Source of the DNA: Paraspadella gotoi
Lineage: Eukaryota; Animalia; Chaetognatha
DNA length: 64,000 nt
Direction: 5' to 3'
NCBI GenBank assembly: GCA_051294375.1
Contig: CM119271.1
Location: forward strand, 10,068,291 to 10,132,290
The notes under the pieces: generated by a model
Database searches by the model: none
Told to the model about the DNA's origin: nothing
Seen by the model: the letters and a program-made list of their open reading frames with translations, nothing else
Translations under genes and position numbers: made by a program
In this document: positions 33,525 to 45,606 of the stretch, one piece after another
How positions within the stretch are numbered: the first letter of the stretch is position 1
How the letters are laid out: each line of letters starts with the position of its first letter

Positions 33525-34501
33525 AAGTAGTTGTTTATTAAGTAGTTTAACCACCTTTAACAGTTACTAGTTACCACCCCTTACCTTATCCACCCTTAAC
33601 CCGTTTTCCAGGGTTTGTTACTAAAAGGAAAAACATGTTAAAGTTAAAAAATAATAATTTCAAAAATTTTACTCTTAATTATTAATAAATTTAGTTAACT
33701 AAGTTTTTATGAAATATAAAATTTAGAAATAAACTTACCAAAATATAAGTCTTTATTTTTATATTTCAAAAGCACATGTAAATTTTATAAAATAAGTTGA
33801 TTTATCATAACTTATAATTGTTTTTCTTTTTTATGACAATTTTTATATACATTAAAAAGCGTCATTTTCGACAAGAAAGATAAAATTATACAAAAAAATG
33901 GTCATCACCCTCGAATTCTACAGACTTGTTTACACTAAAATAGCTATGTAGTATGTACCTTATTGGATTTGTTATATTTTGTTATTTTTAAACGCCCTAA
34001 CAAGAAAAATAACCGACAGGCTCGTTTCCGGTCGGCGAAAGTTAAATTGTGTCAAAAAGACCGGGTTAGGAGGGTGAATATTGATTAAGAGTGACAAACC
34101 GAGAAAGTGAATATATTATTATAAAGGAAAGAAAAATGGCAAAAGGGTTAGAGCGAATCGGGACAGTAAGTCTCACGTTTGGAAGAATAACGTATCTTTC
34201 CCACAAACATTTGTTCCGCGCCTTCAGTAGTGAACACTGAACACAATACTATAGTCTCAAATAGTCTTAAATTGTGATAAAACTCTCTCCTTATTTTTCG
34301 GCTTAGAAAATAAAATCGTCGTTGAAGAATTAAAAATAAATGAAATCTGAGTGTAATGTATAAAAATAATTAGGATTTAGATTTAGATTCAGTATCCGCG
34401 GTAGCCCAGAGAGTTGCTTAAGCAGTAGCGACCGAAGTCCTCAACGACCATGGCCTTATTCGCGGAAACGTAACACCCCCCACTCCCAACTACAACGAAT
34501 C

Positions 34502-37500
34502 ATGTGGTCGTCGTCCTCGTCCAGTAGCGTCTCGGGGAACGCTGCGAAGTCCGGTCCGCCGCCTGACAAAGCGGCGGCGGCCGAAAAGAATTTCAACCAG
34601 GTTTTTTTTTTTAATTTTAAAAACAGTTTCGGATTCGCCGGAAAAACTAAAAAACTTTTGTAAAATATGTTACATGATATTTTTAGGTTAAAGCTATAAA
34701 AAATGACCAAAACCTTTTATCATATAATAGTTTTTACTACAGAGTATGAAAAAGTAGAGAATTTGTCCTTTTTTTTTCATTTTTGACGCTGAAAACATTA
34801 AAATTTTTAATAACATATTTCATAATTTTGATATAACTTTTTATGAAGAATCAGAATCTTTAATAATAATTTTAAAAATTTATGATTTTATAAGAATATT
34901 ATTATTTATATATTGTAATTAATGATACTGTTGTCCAAACAATATAAGCAAAATATTTTTTGTATTTCTTAATTATACTATCTCACATCTAAATATCCTT
35001 GTTTGTTCACTCAAATAAAATTTAAGTTCCCCAGTGCTCCACTCTAGTATATATTTCTCGAAATATCGGGACATGGGGAAAATATCAACAGCAGATAGTT
35101 CTTAGAAAGATTAGTACAAACTCTAGATATCGCTCTTTGCTTACAACGAACGACTAACATTTAAATCGTAAATTCTAGTAGATCAAATTCGCAGACTATG
35201 ATTTTAACTTCATTAGGCGTCGTATTCCGTACCATTTGAAGCGGAAACGTCGAGCGAAAACGACGCTGGCAGAGGAGCCGCTGACGCCGAAAGTATCGAG
35301 GAAGTTAAAAATGAGGCGGATGAAATTATAAAAGATGCCGTGAACGAGGACGATGAAGCGGATAACGGAGACGATTCGTCCGATGGCGAACGTTATTCCA
35401 CCGATGGGGAAAACGATCCCACAAAGAAGCGTGACCGGCGACGGAAAAAGAAACGTCAGAAAAGTGAGAGCGAGAGCGAGTCGACCGCCAAGAGCGCGGT
35501 AACCGGGTCGAGCAAGAAGTCGTCCGCGACGGAATCCGCGGAGGCGGAGGCGGAGCCTTCGGCATCGTCGTCCGAAGCGACCTCCCCCGTCAAATCCTCG
35601 ACACTTTTGTCGACGGACCGGAGATCTACTACGACGGGCTATTCGGCTGGGCACGAAACCGCCAATTCGCCCATTAAAAATAAAACCGCTTCCAAACCGG
35701 TGGTCAACTTGGCCCAGAGAAAGCCCAAGACTAAACGGGCCCGTAACGCCAAGCGGCGCGTCGTTTCCAACTCCAACAAGGCGCCCAGGCTGAACGAATC
35801 GCTCGAGTCCAACGTCAACTTGGGCAAAAGAGTCGTGACGCAATTGTTCGCCGACGATATTGACCAACGCAATCTCAACAAAACGGGGAGATCGAAAAGG
35901 GCGAAGCCTAAGAAGGACCGACATCAGATGCCTTCGCCGCATCGGAAGAAGGGGCAAGAGCCAGGCGTTTACTTATATCCCGAGGTGGGAGCGGAAGCGG
36001 TGGGGGGGGGGAAGGAAGCGAGACGGTGGGGATTGGAATGGTTCCGTGATTTTTCGAAGTGTATAGTGGACGATTATTTAGAAGAAGAAAGACAAAATCA
36101 TAAACGTACGCGGGTTTATTCCCATTTTTCTCATCCCAAGGGCCACGTTCATGAGTTTAAGCTCACCTTTTTCTCTTTCTTCTTCATGATGCCCTTCTCC
36201 ACCCTTATGATCAAGACCCATCTTCCTGCTGTCAATATATTAATTACTTTTAATTTCAGCCGTTCACTTCGGGTTAGGATTCCTTTCACCTTAAGAGCTT
36301 CCTTTTGTTCCATCTCGACTAATCTTTGAAGCGTTTTTCTATCATCCAAAATAAATTATGATGATAGATCATTGAGCGAAGCAGGCACGAATTAACTCAT
36401 CACCAACATAAAAAATCATGAATGAATCCATTTGATCTCGTCCACCATATCGAACATTCATCTTCTTCGTCTTCCTCCTCAGCCGGACGAGTATCCCTTT
36501 CCATACAATTCTTCGACGCCGATGAAGGGAACGCCCTTCGTCGATCCGCGCTGGACTCACATTTATAGGGGCGCGCCGAATCGGTGAGGCACCGATGGAG
36601 GATTGGGTAAGGCTAGCTGTCGCTTTCTTTTTTTTTCTCTCTTTTTCTTTTTCATTTTCTTTTTAATCCTTTCCTTTTTCCTTCACTTTCCCTTCAACTT
36701 TCGTCTTTCGTTCCATCGTTCCCCAAGGTCCGATTCACTCACCCACGTCACTGACGGAGCAAAGAATCACACTGCTTCTTCAATCGAGACGTCACTGGCG
36801 GAGCCCAAGAATATCGCTAAATGTAATGCTAGTGATGATTTTTATTGGCTACTTAAGACAATCTGAAAATTGTGATGTCAACTCTTCTACCACCCCTGAA
36901 TTATTTTAAAAAAAAACATCCCTTGTTTGGCCCCCAAGTCTACCAACCGAACTACGTCACCGACGACTACAAGGAAAAGTGGGGCGGTGGGTTTAGAAAG
37001 TGGTTCAAGAAGCCGGTGCCGGGCAAAACCGAGGCGGATCATAGTGCGGCCGCTGGAGGGCGGCAGCAGCGTCAGGACGAGCGCGAACAGCGGCAGCAGG
37101 TAGTTCGCCGTTGGAACTAGCTGGTTAAACTCTATGTACTTAAGAATTCCCTTTAAGCTTATGATGTGTTGGACTTTAGGCTCAAGTCTCTGAAGGTACT
37201 CTCTTTAGAGAGCTTACATGATTTCAAATTGAAAACAAATTTGAAAGTTAAGCTTCACTTCGGAAAGGCAAATTTTGTTTATATTTTCTTTTGTAAAAAA
37301 TCCCGGAGTGGTCACACTTTTACCAACCAATAAAAGGATTGTATCTGTTTCTCTAAATATAAAATTTTTGATGTTTTTCACTTTGTACCACAACCACTAA
37401 TTATATATAAAAAATGTTAGAAAAAAATCTTATGAACTAAAATAATTTTTAAAAATTATTAATTATAGTTTATTTCTTACTGGCTATTGATTATTAACTT

Positions 37501-38343
37501 TATCTATTTTGTATCCAAATCTTGAAACCTCGTTTTTAATTACAGAAACAAAAGCACACAACACCAAAATACTTTTAAATAAGGAATTCTATTCTATTTT
37601 ATTCTATTCTACCCTGAATCACAACTCAACAATATTATATAGTTATACATAAATCGTTTCAGGATAGGCGCAAGGTCATATTCGCGGAGAGAGAGAAAGA
37701 GGAAGCGAGGAAAAAAAAAGAACAGGAGAAGAGAGAGAAGAAGAACGAGGAAAAGTTCAAGTGCGAGAGCGTGGAGAAAGGGAGGCAGAGAGCTCGAGAG
37801 GAGAAACAGAGGAGGGATGCGGAGGAGGCGGCGAGGAAGGAAAAGGGTGAGTCACCGAGTGGGTGAGGAAAATGGCGCAAGGAAATTTCTTTTTCTTTAT
37901 TAAATGGGTTTTTTGTTTTTTTAATTTTATTGTTTTTAGAAGAGGAAGAGAAGAGAAGAAAGGAGGAACTGAAGAAAAAAAGGAAGAAGAAGAAGAAGAA
38001 GAAGAAGAAACAGAAGAAAGCTCCTGCAGCGGCGGGCGCGGCGCCTGCGGACGGCGAGGGCGGTGGGGGAGAGGTCGAAGGGGATGAAGAGGCTGAGACC
38101 TCTTCGGATGAGGAAGAGGGCGAAGGAGGCGATGGGGGAGAAGACGGATCCTCCGACGAAGAGGAGAATGCGGAGGCGGAGTCGGAGAATGCCTCCGACG
38201 CTGACGACGGTTTGGACTTTGAAGACGGCGACCGCGTCGTCAACTACGAGGCCGACGACGACGACGACCCCACCGTCGGCGGCGTTATCGGCGACGAGGA
38301 CGACGATGTCCGGAAGAGGGCGCGGACGCCGTCGAGGGACTAG
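34502..38343 (+). CDS. Orphan 603-aa low-complexity protein with a conserved novel 'YQPNYV' domain (paralog A); exons 34502-34600, 35217-35984, 36483-36583, 36728-36822, 36939-37099, 37663-37846, 37940-38343
   Basis: All six introns are GT-AG with compatible phases (0,0,2,1,0,1), total 1812 nt. The domain aligns with the C-terminus of the giant gene at 42226-45395. The start codon is less certain because the frame is open upstream to the acceptor at 34392. Confidence 0.75.
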
Positions 38344-38644
38344 TCGAGCTTGGGGATGAGAACGATCGCTACCTTTAATTATATGTGTAATCCGCTTTTG
38401 AAGTTGAAATACATACAATTAGCTGATCGTGATAAATGAACGTTCGAAACGTTTCTACACACACAAATTCTCTCTCTCTCTCTTCCGCTTTCTCTCTGTC
38501 TCTCTTTCTTATGCGACAAATATCCTCCTATTTTAAACTAACCTACTGAATTGATCGATATATCGGATGAAGCGAGGCACGGAAGCGGAATAAAAAGTCT
38601 AAATTTAACTTAAATTAAAATTCTAAAAGTGTGGAACTTTTTAA

Positions 38645-39079
38645 AATTTTATTCTATTTTTTTTAATTTACGCAGTAGGCTATATTTATATTATATAACC
38701 CTCTAAATGTTAAAAGTTTAAAATGGTTTTTTATAAGATTTTTTTTGCAGATTTGGATTCGTCATAAAAAGTTGATAATAAGAAATATATCTCTTTTTTT
38801 AAAAAATTATTTCATTAAGTTAGTCAAAAATCGGAAAAACCTATATTTTAAGATGAAAATTAAATTTTTGTATATTAAATATAGTTTTTTTTTTTAATTT
38901 TTAACCTACTAAATGAAAGAATTTTTAAAAATAAGTTAAATTCTTTTTTATCAACTTCTGACGAGGAATTTAAATCGGCCATCTAAATTAAGAAAAGTCC
39001 ATTTTTAAATTTTAGTATTTTTTAAGGATAGTACTATATATAATTATAGCCTACCGCGATAATTAAAAAATATAAAATT
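38645..39079. mobile_element. MITE-like element with long imperfect terminal inverted repeats
   Basis: TTTTTAATTTACGCAGTAGGCTATA (38660) versus TATAGCCTACCGCGATAATTAAAAAA (39045). Inner arms GCAGATTTGGATTC..AGTTGATAA versus TTATCAACT..GAATTTAAATCGGC. Confidence 0.7.
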
Positions 39080-39449
39080 ATTTTTTTTAGTAAATTAATG
39101 TTCACTGGTGGTACGTTATTAATTGATCATTAGAATTTTCATACGTGACTTTCTCTACGCTCAAGAAAGCACCGTTCATATTAAAATAAAGCCGAAAACC
39201 GAAAAGCAAAGTCGAATCAGAAAATGAACCAAACAATTTTTAACGCTATATCATATGTTAAAAAATATGTTTCGGCCTCGTTTCTCCGTTCATTTCCCGA
39301 CCGTTCGCGCGCTTTCCCTACGCTTACTCGCGGAAACGCGAGGTTTTATTGTTGTCCAAAACTCAGTCGTAAATTTCGCGCTTATCTCGCGATGATACCA
39401 ACTCTTATCGGTGTTAGTCGACGCCTTTGAAAAAAAGAATTTAGCGACA

Positions 39450-41457
39450 ATGAATTTTTTTCTTACGGTGGCGCTAGCCGTCCTTTTGTCGACACAAAGC
39501 GTCACCGATGGCCAGGGTAAGTAAAGAAGTTAATTTGGCGCTGCGCCAAATTTATCATTTTAGGCTGTAAAGTACCCAAATTTCAGTGTCTATTTCGTTT
39601 TATAGCAACGTCTCCGCCGGGTTCAAAACCAGCCGGTTCAAAACCGGGCTCGGCCGCGGGAGGGGGAACTAAACCTCCCGCCGCCGGGTCGAAAAAAGCC
39701 GGTCCTACGACCCAGTCCAAACTTGAGAAAGATTTGTCCGCCGCCACGAGCCAAGTCAATAATGGTTCGCAATTTTAATTAAATTTTCGTTAAAAATATC
39801 GAGAGTTATGTCATAAAATCGTTTCTATTTGCCATTTGCCGTTAAAGAGGAGCAAAGCGAAAAAGCTAAGAACGTATCTTCGGGCGGAGGTTCCGGCTCG
39901 GGATCCGGTTCAGGCGGTAAGTTCGTCATTAGAATTGAATGGAATTCTGGGATCAAAATGCAATCGATCTTTGTCGGATTTCGCTGATGTTTTTCTAGGA
40001 AGTGGATCGGGTGGAGGTGGTGGTGGTGGCGGCGGCGGCGGCTGCGGAGGAGGCTGCATCGCGGGCATCATCGTGGGCGTCATACTGGTCGTCATAATTG
40101 TCGTTTTCGTGGTTAAGAGTCAAAAGGGGGAGGAGGAGGAAGAGGAGGAAACTGAGGAGGTGCCCAACGAAAACGAAAATCGCGGAGGAAATAATAAATC
40201 CGCCAATCGGCGAACGAAGAAAAGTCACGGAGGAAATAAATATGAAAAAGTTCAATCGGGTGGGTTTTTTGCGAGGAACTTCTACTAGTAGTTTAAAATA
40301 ACGGTAATTGAAAGAAACTAGGCAGAAATCTCGCTTACAAAAATTCAACATTTTTCTAATAGAGATTTTCGTTCGAATCTGACAACCCACTTTACAATCG
40401 CGATCGCGAGAAATTCCGGTAGAAAACAGTTTTAAAAAAGCACAATTCCGATAGCGTTGCATCTCAAGAGCTGGCAATTTTTTTCTTATGACATTTGATT
40501 AATATTTTACTATCAAACAAGTCAGAGGAAATGGACTACTCATCTCCGGAGAATTTTCAAACCTCGCTTTTACTATAGAAATGAACGGGAGGTCAGATTC
40601 GGCGAAAATCTTAAAAGGCGAACATGTTGAAAAAAGGGGTGGAATTTTGATAGGTTTCTTAAGATTTCTCGACAACGCGAGGTCCGATTTAAGCGAAACT
40701 CGATATTTACAATATTGACGTCAATCTTCATCTACCGATATAAAAATATACGAAAAAAACCGCTGCCTTCTTTCAAAATATTTTTCTTCTTAAGAAAGAG
40801 TGAGACACTTATGAACAAACTGTTGCAGTTCGGAGGTGACGGAAAACGTTTCTTGGTTGTTTTGTAACGAAAGTTTGTTATTTTTAACTTTTTAGATAAA
40901 TTCGTCCAAGCTGTTTCATGTGTTTTATCTTTAGGCACATTAATATTAAATATTAGCGATTAACTGACTGAAAACCAGCGTGAATCGCCCTCCTTAAAGA
41001 TCGACTTGCCCAAGATTTCGGCGAATCAAAAAATAACTTGTCCGCCTCGTAACTTCCCTTTTGTCCATCCCAAGACGAGACTGCCAGCAGCAGCGACGTC
41101 GAGGTCAACGGAAACAAAAGCAGCGTCAAAAGCAACATTTCCGCCCGTAAAGAGAAGCCGCCGTTGCCGGATGAGCAGCCGGTGCAACAGCCACAGCAGC
41201 AGCAGGAACAGCAAAAGCAGCGCGCCCTCAGCGAGACCACGAAACGCAGCAACGACAGCGTCCTCAAGATGGAGAGTCTGGCCAACGAGGAGGAGGAGGA
41301 AGAGGAGGAGGAGGGATCCGTCGGCGGCGCCACCACGTCAGTGGTCGACGGAAAGAGCGTCAAGAGCGGCGCCGGCGGCGGTGGCGGCGGAGGTGGCACC
41401 TTCAAGAAGAACGTCTCCCAGATCATCATGCAGATGGAGGGGGTGGGGGAGAGTTGA
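39450..41457 (+). CDS. Orphan type I membrane protein with a Gly/Ser/Pro/Lys-rich ectodomain and an acidic tail; exons 39450-39516, 39606-39764, 39848-39916, 39999-40259, 41075-41457
   Basis: Signal peptide MNFFLTVALAVLLSTQSVTDG, four phase-1 GT-AG introns, poly-Gly linker, TM CIAGIIVGVILVVIIVVFVV, poly-Glu cytoplasmic tracts. Confidence 0.75.
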
Positions 41458-41695
41458 GCGGGCTGTCGCTCGTAGTTAGGGCTTTTTTTTTCAGCGTTAC
41501 CTTGGCGCCTCGAGATGCGCTAGACGGCAAAGTTTGTTCGGAGATTCGTCGGAGATTCGTCGGCCTTGTTGGTTTTTTTTCGTTTTTCCAAACACGATTT
41601 CTTGATTGAATATTGATCCGTTTTAACGTGTGTGTGTCATGCGAAGGAGAATAAAACGTTTGGTTTTTGCTTTTCTCAATGCGTTTATTGAATTA

Positions 41696-41806
<111 letters not shown>

Positions 41807-42225
41807 GCCAGTTAGAATTTTCAAATTTATTGTCTATCATTATCGAGAAACTAAGTTTCAGTAAATAACAAAAATTTAGTGTTTTCATCCGTATATTCAC
41901 CATGTACGAGAAAAAAAAATCATTACTGCGATTACACTTATTGCACTAGCCCTAGGTATCACAAGACAAAGCTAAGTTATCTGACTTCATTATTTCAATT
42001 TCCACTGTTTACAAAGTTACACAAACTATAGCGAAACCTAAAACCATCCAGTACATAACCTAATTAGTAGAGTATTAGTTAAAAATTATAAGTTGTACCG
42101 ATGTTATCCTACTGACGTTCATAACTTTGGTTCCTAAACTAAAAAAAAAATCGATCGGAATCGATCAAGGGTTCGAATAACGCGGTAAATCACTGCCGCT
42201 CACACCCTCGATGGTAAGGTCAAAC

Positions 42226-45200
42226 TCAAAGGTAAGGCGACAAAGTCAGCGGCTCCGGCAGAATCAAAACCTCCCATCCTTCTCGGCAGCCGACTTCGTT
42301 GACGTTCACGTTGTGCGACTTTCCAAGCGTCGGTTTTCGGAACCACTTTTTGTATCCGACGCCCCAGGGTTTACAGTAACCCGCGTCGACCACGTAGTTG
42401 GGTTGGTACACTGCGTGAAGGCGTTATCATAGGCTTTTACTTCTATATATTTTTTATGTAACATTTTTATTTAAAAAACCAAATGTTATTTTTAATTGGA
42501 TTATGTCACCGACAAAAAAATGTTTTTGAAAGAGGGACAGCCAAAATTTGGCATTTTTTTGTCGTCATTGAAACCAAATTAAAAATTTCATTTTCGTTTT
42601 TTAACTAATGATTAGAATGGAACAACTCAAGTATTTCATTAAAAAATATTTATCAAATTTATTAACCTTTGGTCTCCGGTTTTGGGTTAGCCAGTCGTGA
42701 TTCTCTTTCGGTCGTCGCGTGATTCAACGCGCATTCTAGAACTTCAGTCAACACGTCTGATCTGGAATCGAAAGAAAATCGTAGCATTTGGGTTCAATGC
42801 CGATTTAGTGATTATCTAATGTAACTACAAATTCAATAAACCTGCTGGGCGCGCCCCTGAAAAGATGCGCCCACCGAGGTTCGACGAAATATGATGAGTT
42901 CATTGCGGGCGTCTCGTGGGGATAAGGATATACGACGGACTAGAAAGGCAAACCTTATCAAGTGAATACTGAAAGTGAAACGTATCTAGTCCCATGTATA
43001 CCGTACAGCATAAGTAAAGAAAATAAAATTAATTAATTAATTTAATAAAAAAATTTAAAGTCTAATATAGTGAAACAAGTAATCTTTGAATTTTTCATTA
43101 ATTCAAATTCAAATTTAAATCAATTCATTATTCAATGAGTCAATTAGTATTATTATTCAAATTTCTTTTCGGTTTTCGACGACAGTTAGTTTCGACAAAA
43201 ACCAATCGAGCAAAGAACTAGATACCTCATATGAGAGCTAATTTTAATTTATTTTTTTATATATTTTTATGCCAGTCCCTGGAGGATGATGTCAATATTC
43301 ACTTGCAAAAAACCGTTTTAAAATTCCTACAATAGTTTCCGAGATATGGTCATAAACGTCAGCCTTCAAAGGCAAAATTTATCAGAATAAAATTTTCGAG
43401 TTTCTCTAAAGATTTCTGACGCGCTAGTACTAACTATTTAAAAAAAGAGGAAACGTTTTGCTGATTTCTTAAAGCAAAAGCCATAAATGAGCAAGACAAT
43501 GTGTACATCTGAAAGTGATAGGTCTCTAGATGACGAAATTTTTTCTTTGTTTTTTTATTTAAGATTGTCAATAGATTAGTGATACGCTTTCGAAATTTTA
43601 TTTAACAAAGATTTGTACTGCGTAGTTCAATCCTTAGTTAAAGGTAAGGGGAAGAGTGTAATGGGAAGACATTTCAGTAGTAGCTTGGATCTGGCAGTAG
43701 ATGAAGGGTACGGTTACTTCTAATGAATAGTCAGGACGCATGGATTCATTAGTCATGAGATGAGGGTGTGAAAGAAAAGCTTTAACCACGTGGGATAGGA
43801 AAGAAGGCCAGGATTGCATATAAGTACAACAGGGGATGAAGATTTGTAACTTTTCATTCTTGTTTTATAGTAGTTAGTAAACCAATAAGCAAGAGTATTA
43901 TATGTTGGTTTTGTGTATAGTGATAAAGAGCTGTAAGGCGCCCCGCGCGGTGTATCATGGCCAGCAGCATGTCATGTAGTCAGAGTTTGTCTGCAGTAGG
44001 CATGTACAGGTTACCCACATTTTAATGCAACCTCAGGCTTGAACCAGGGACGCACATTATGGTGCATTAGCACTAGCCACTGAGGCTGTAAAAAACAGCT
44101 TAATCCATCTTGTATAGGACCAAAAGTTCTCCGATTGTAAAAAAAGTTATTTTCTTGGATAACTTTTGAAAGAAAAGAGATAGCAAGGTGAGTGTGGTAT
44201 CAAATTAAAGCCCTAATCATAGGACACCTTTCTCAAAGAGTTTAATTAAATTTCATCTATAAATCTTTACACAGCTTTTGTTTAAATCATAGTTAAAAGT
44301 ATAACAATTTTTTGTGTTAAAAATTGCGATGAAGGCATATGAATTTTTTTGTTTTCTTTTGTGATTTGAAAAAGGGAAGACTGAATTACATTTTGATTAC
44401 CATTAAATTTTCTCTACTGCATAAAATTGCTTGTATTTTTCAGTTAAAGTAAAAAACAAGCAAAAATTTATGTAGTAGCTTGATAAAATGTCTTTTTAAA
44501 TATGAAAAATGATAAATACAAAAATGTTTTAAGCTTGATATAAACAGTCTGGACATCGACCTTCTTACCTGTGAAAAAAAAAAACGTCACTTTTCATTAT
44601 CTTCAACTGCAAACAAAAAGCTTGACAAACTGCTTGTTTATCATAATAAAATTTTAAAAAACTACATAGCTGGCGACATATTTGACAAAGCAAGACATCA
44701 TTGTGTTAAATTGTATTGATAATTTTCTTTTAAATAGAAAAAAGAGAAATTTTTTATATCTTTCTTTTTATTTCATCCTAAATAAAAATTTCAGCGAAGG
44801 AAAAAAAAAATTAAAATCTACTCATCTTGAATGTCATCGTTTACTGATTAAAAGGTAGAATTTTTTAATTCGCCCTTTTGCCCCCAAGCCCCTAGACATG
44901 GAAGTGCCCAAAACTTTAAAAAACATTTTTACTTGATGTGCATACAAGGCGGAACCCGCATTCTGAATTTTTGTATTTTCCCTTTCAAACATATTAAATA
45001 AAAATAATTATTTGCGAGATGTTTGACATTGACAATGCCACTGGTAAGGCTTCGTTACCCCACTTCCCGAATGAATTTTTAAACGAGGTTTTTTTTCCGT
45101 CTATTTGAGACATAACACTAACTTTTGGTATTACTAGTTTTTCAATTTACACAATCTACTTCCCGTAATCAGCGAAACGTTTAGCGTGTCAAAAAAATAG

Positions 45201-45574
45201 GGTAAAAAAAGAGTAAAACGTTCTGACAAATTTAAAAATCGATGGAGGAATCTAAAAGAACCCAACGACCAACCGAGCTACCATCATAAATGACTCACAT
45301 TTTGACAAATGAATGGCCCCGTCTGCCCGACTCTTCTTTGCCTCTTCGCCAACCGCTTGCCCAAATTCACGTTGAAATTCGAGTCGGACTTATCCCTAAT
45401 CGAGATTAAAAAAAGTTCTTCAACTTACCCTCCGAACTTACCCGACGCGGCTCCACTCACCTCGACCGCTTGTTGTTTTGATTTTTCGACGACCCGAATC
45501 TGTTTTGCAAAGAGAGAATCCTTCGTCGTTTTCCGCTGGTCGCGTTGGTCGCCGAATCGGACGAGGAAGACGAC

Positions 45575-45606
<32 letters not shown>

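Noticed and set aside
34388-34590. Minus-strand small Cys-containing ORF
   Set aside because: The plus-strand reading splices in phase into paralog A and explains the segment better.
36060-36350. CpG-poor intron segment resembling a decayed RTE-type LINE end; similar fragment at 43630-43850
   Set aside because: Similarity is only impressionistic and interrupted by stops; needs a TBLASTX against Repbase/Dfam.
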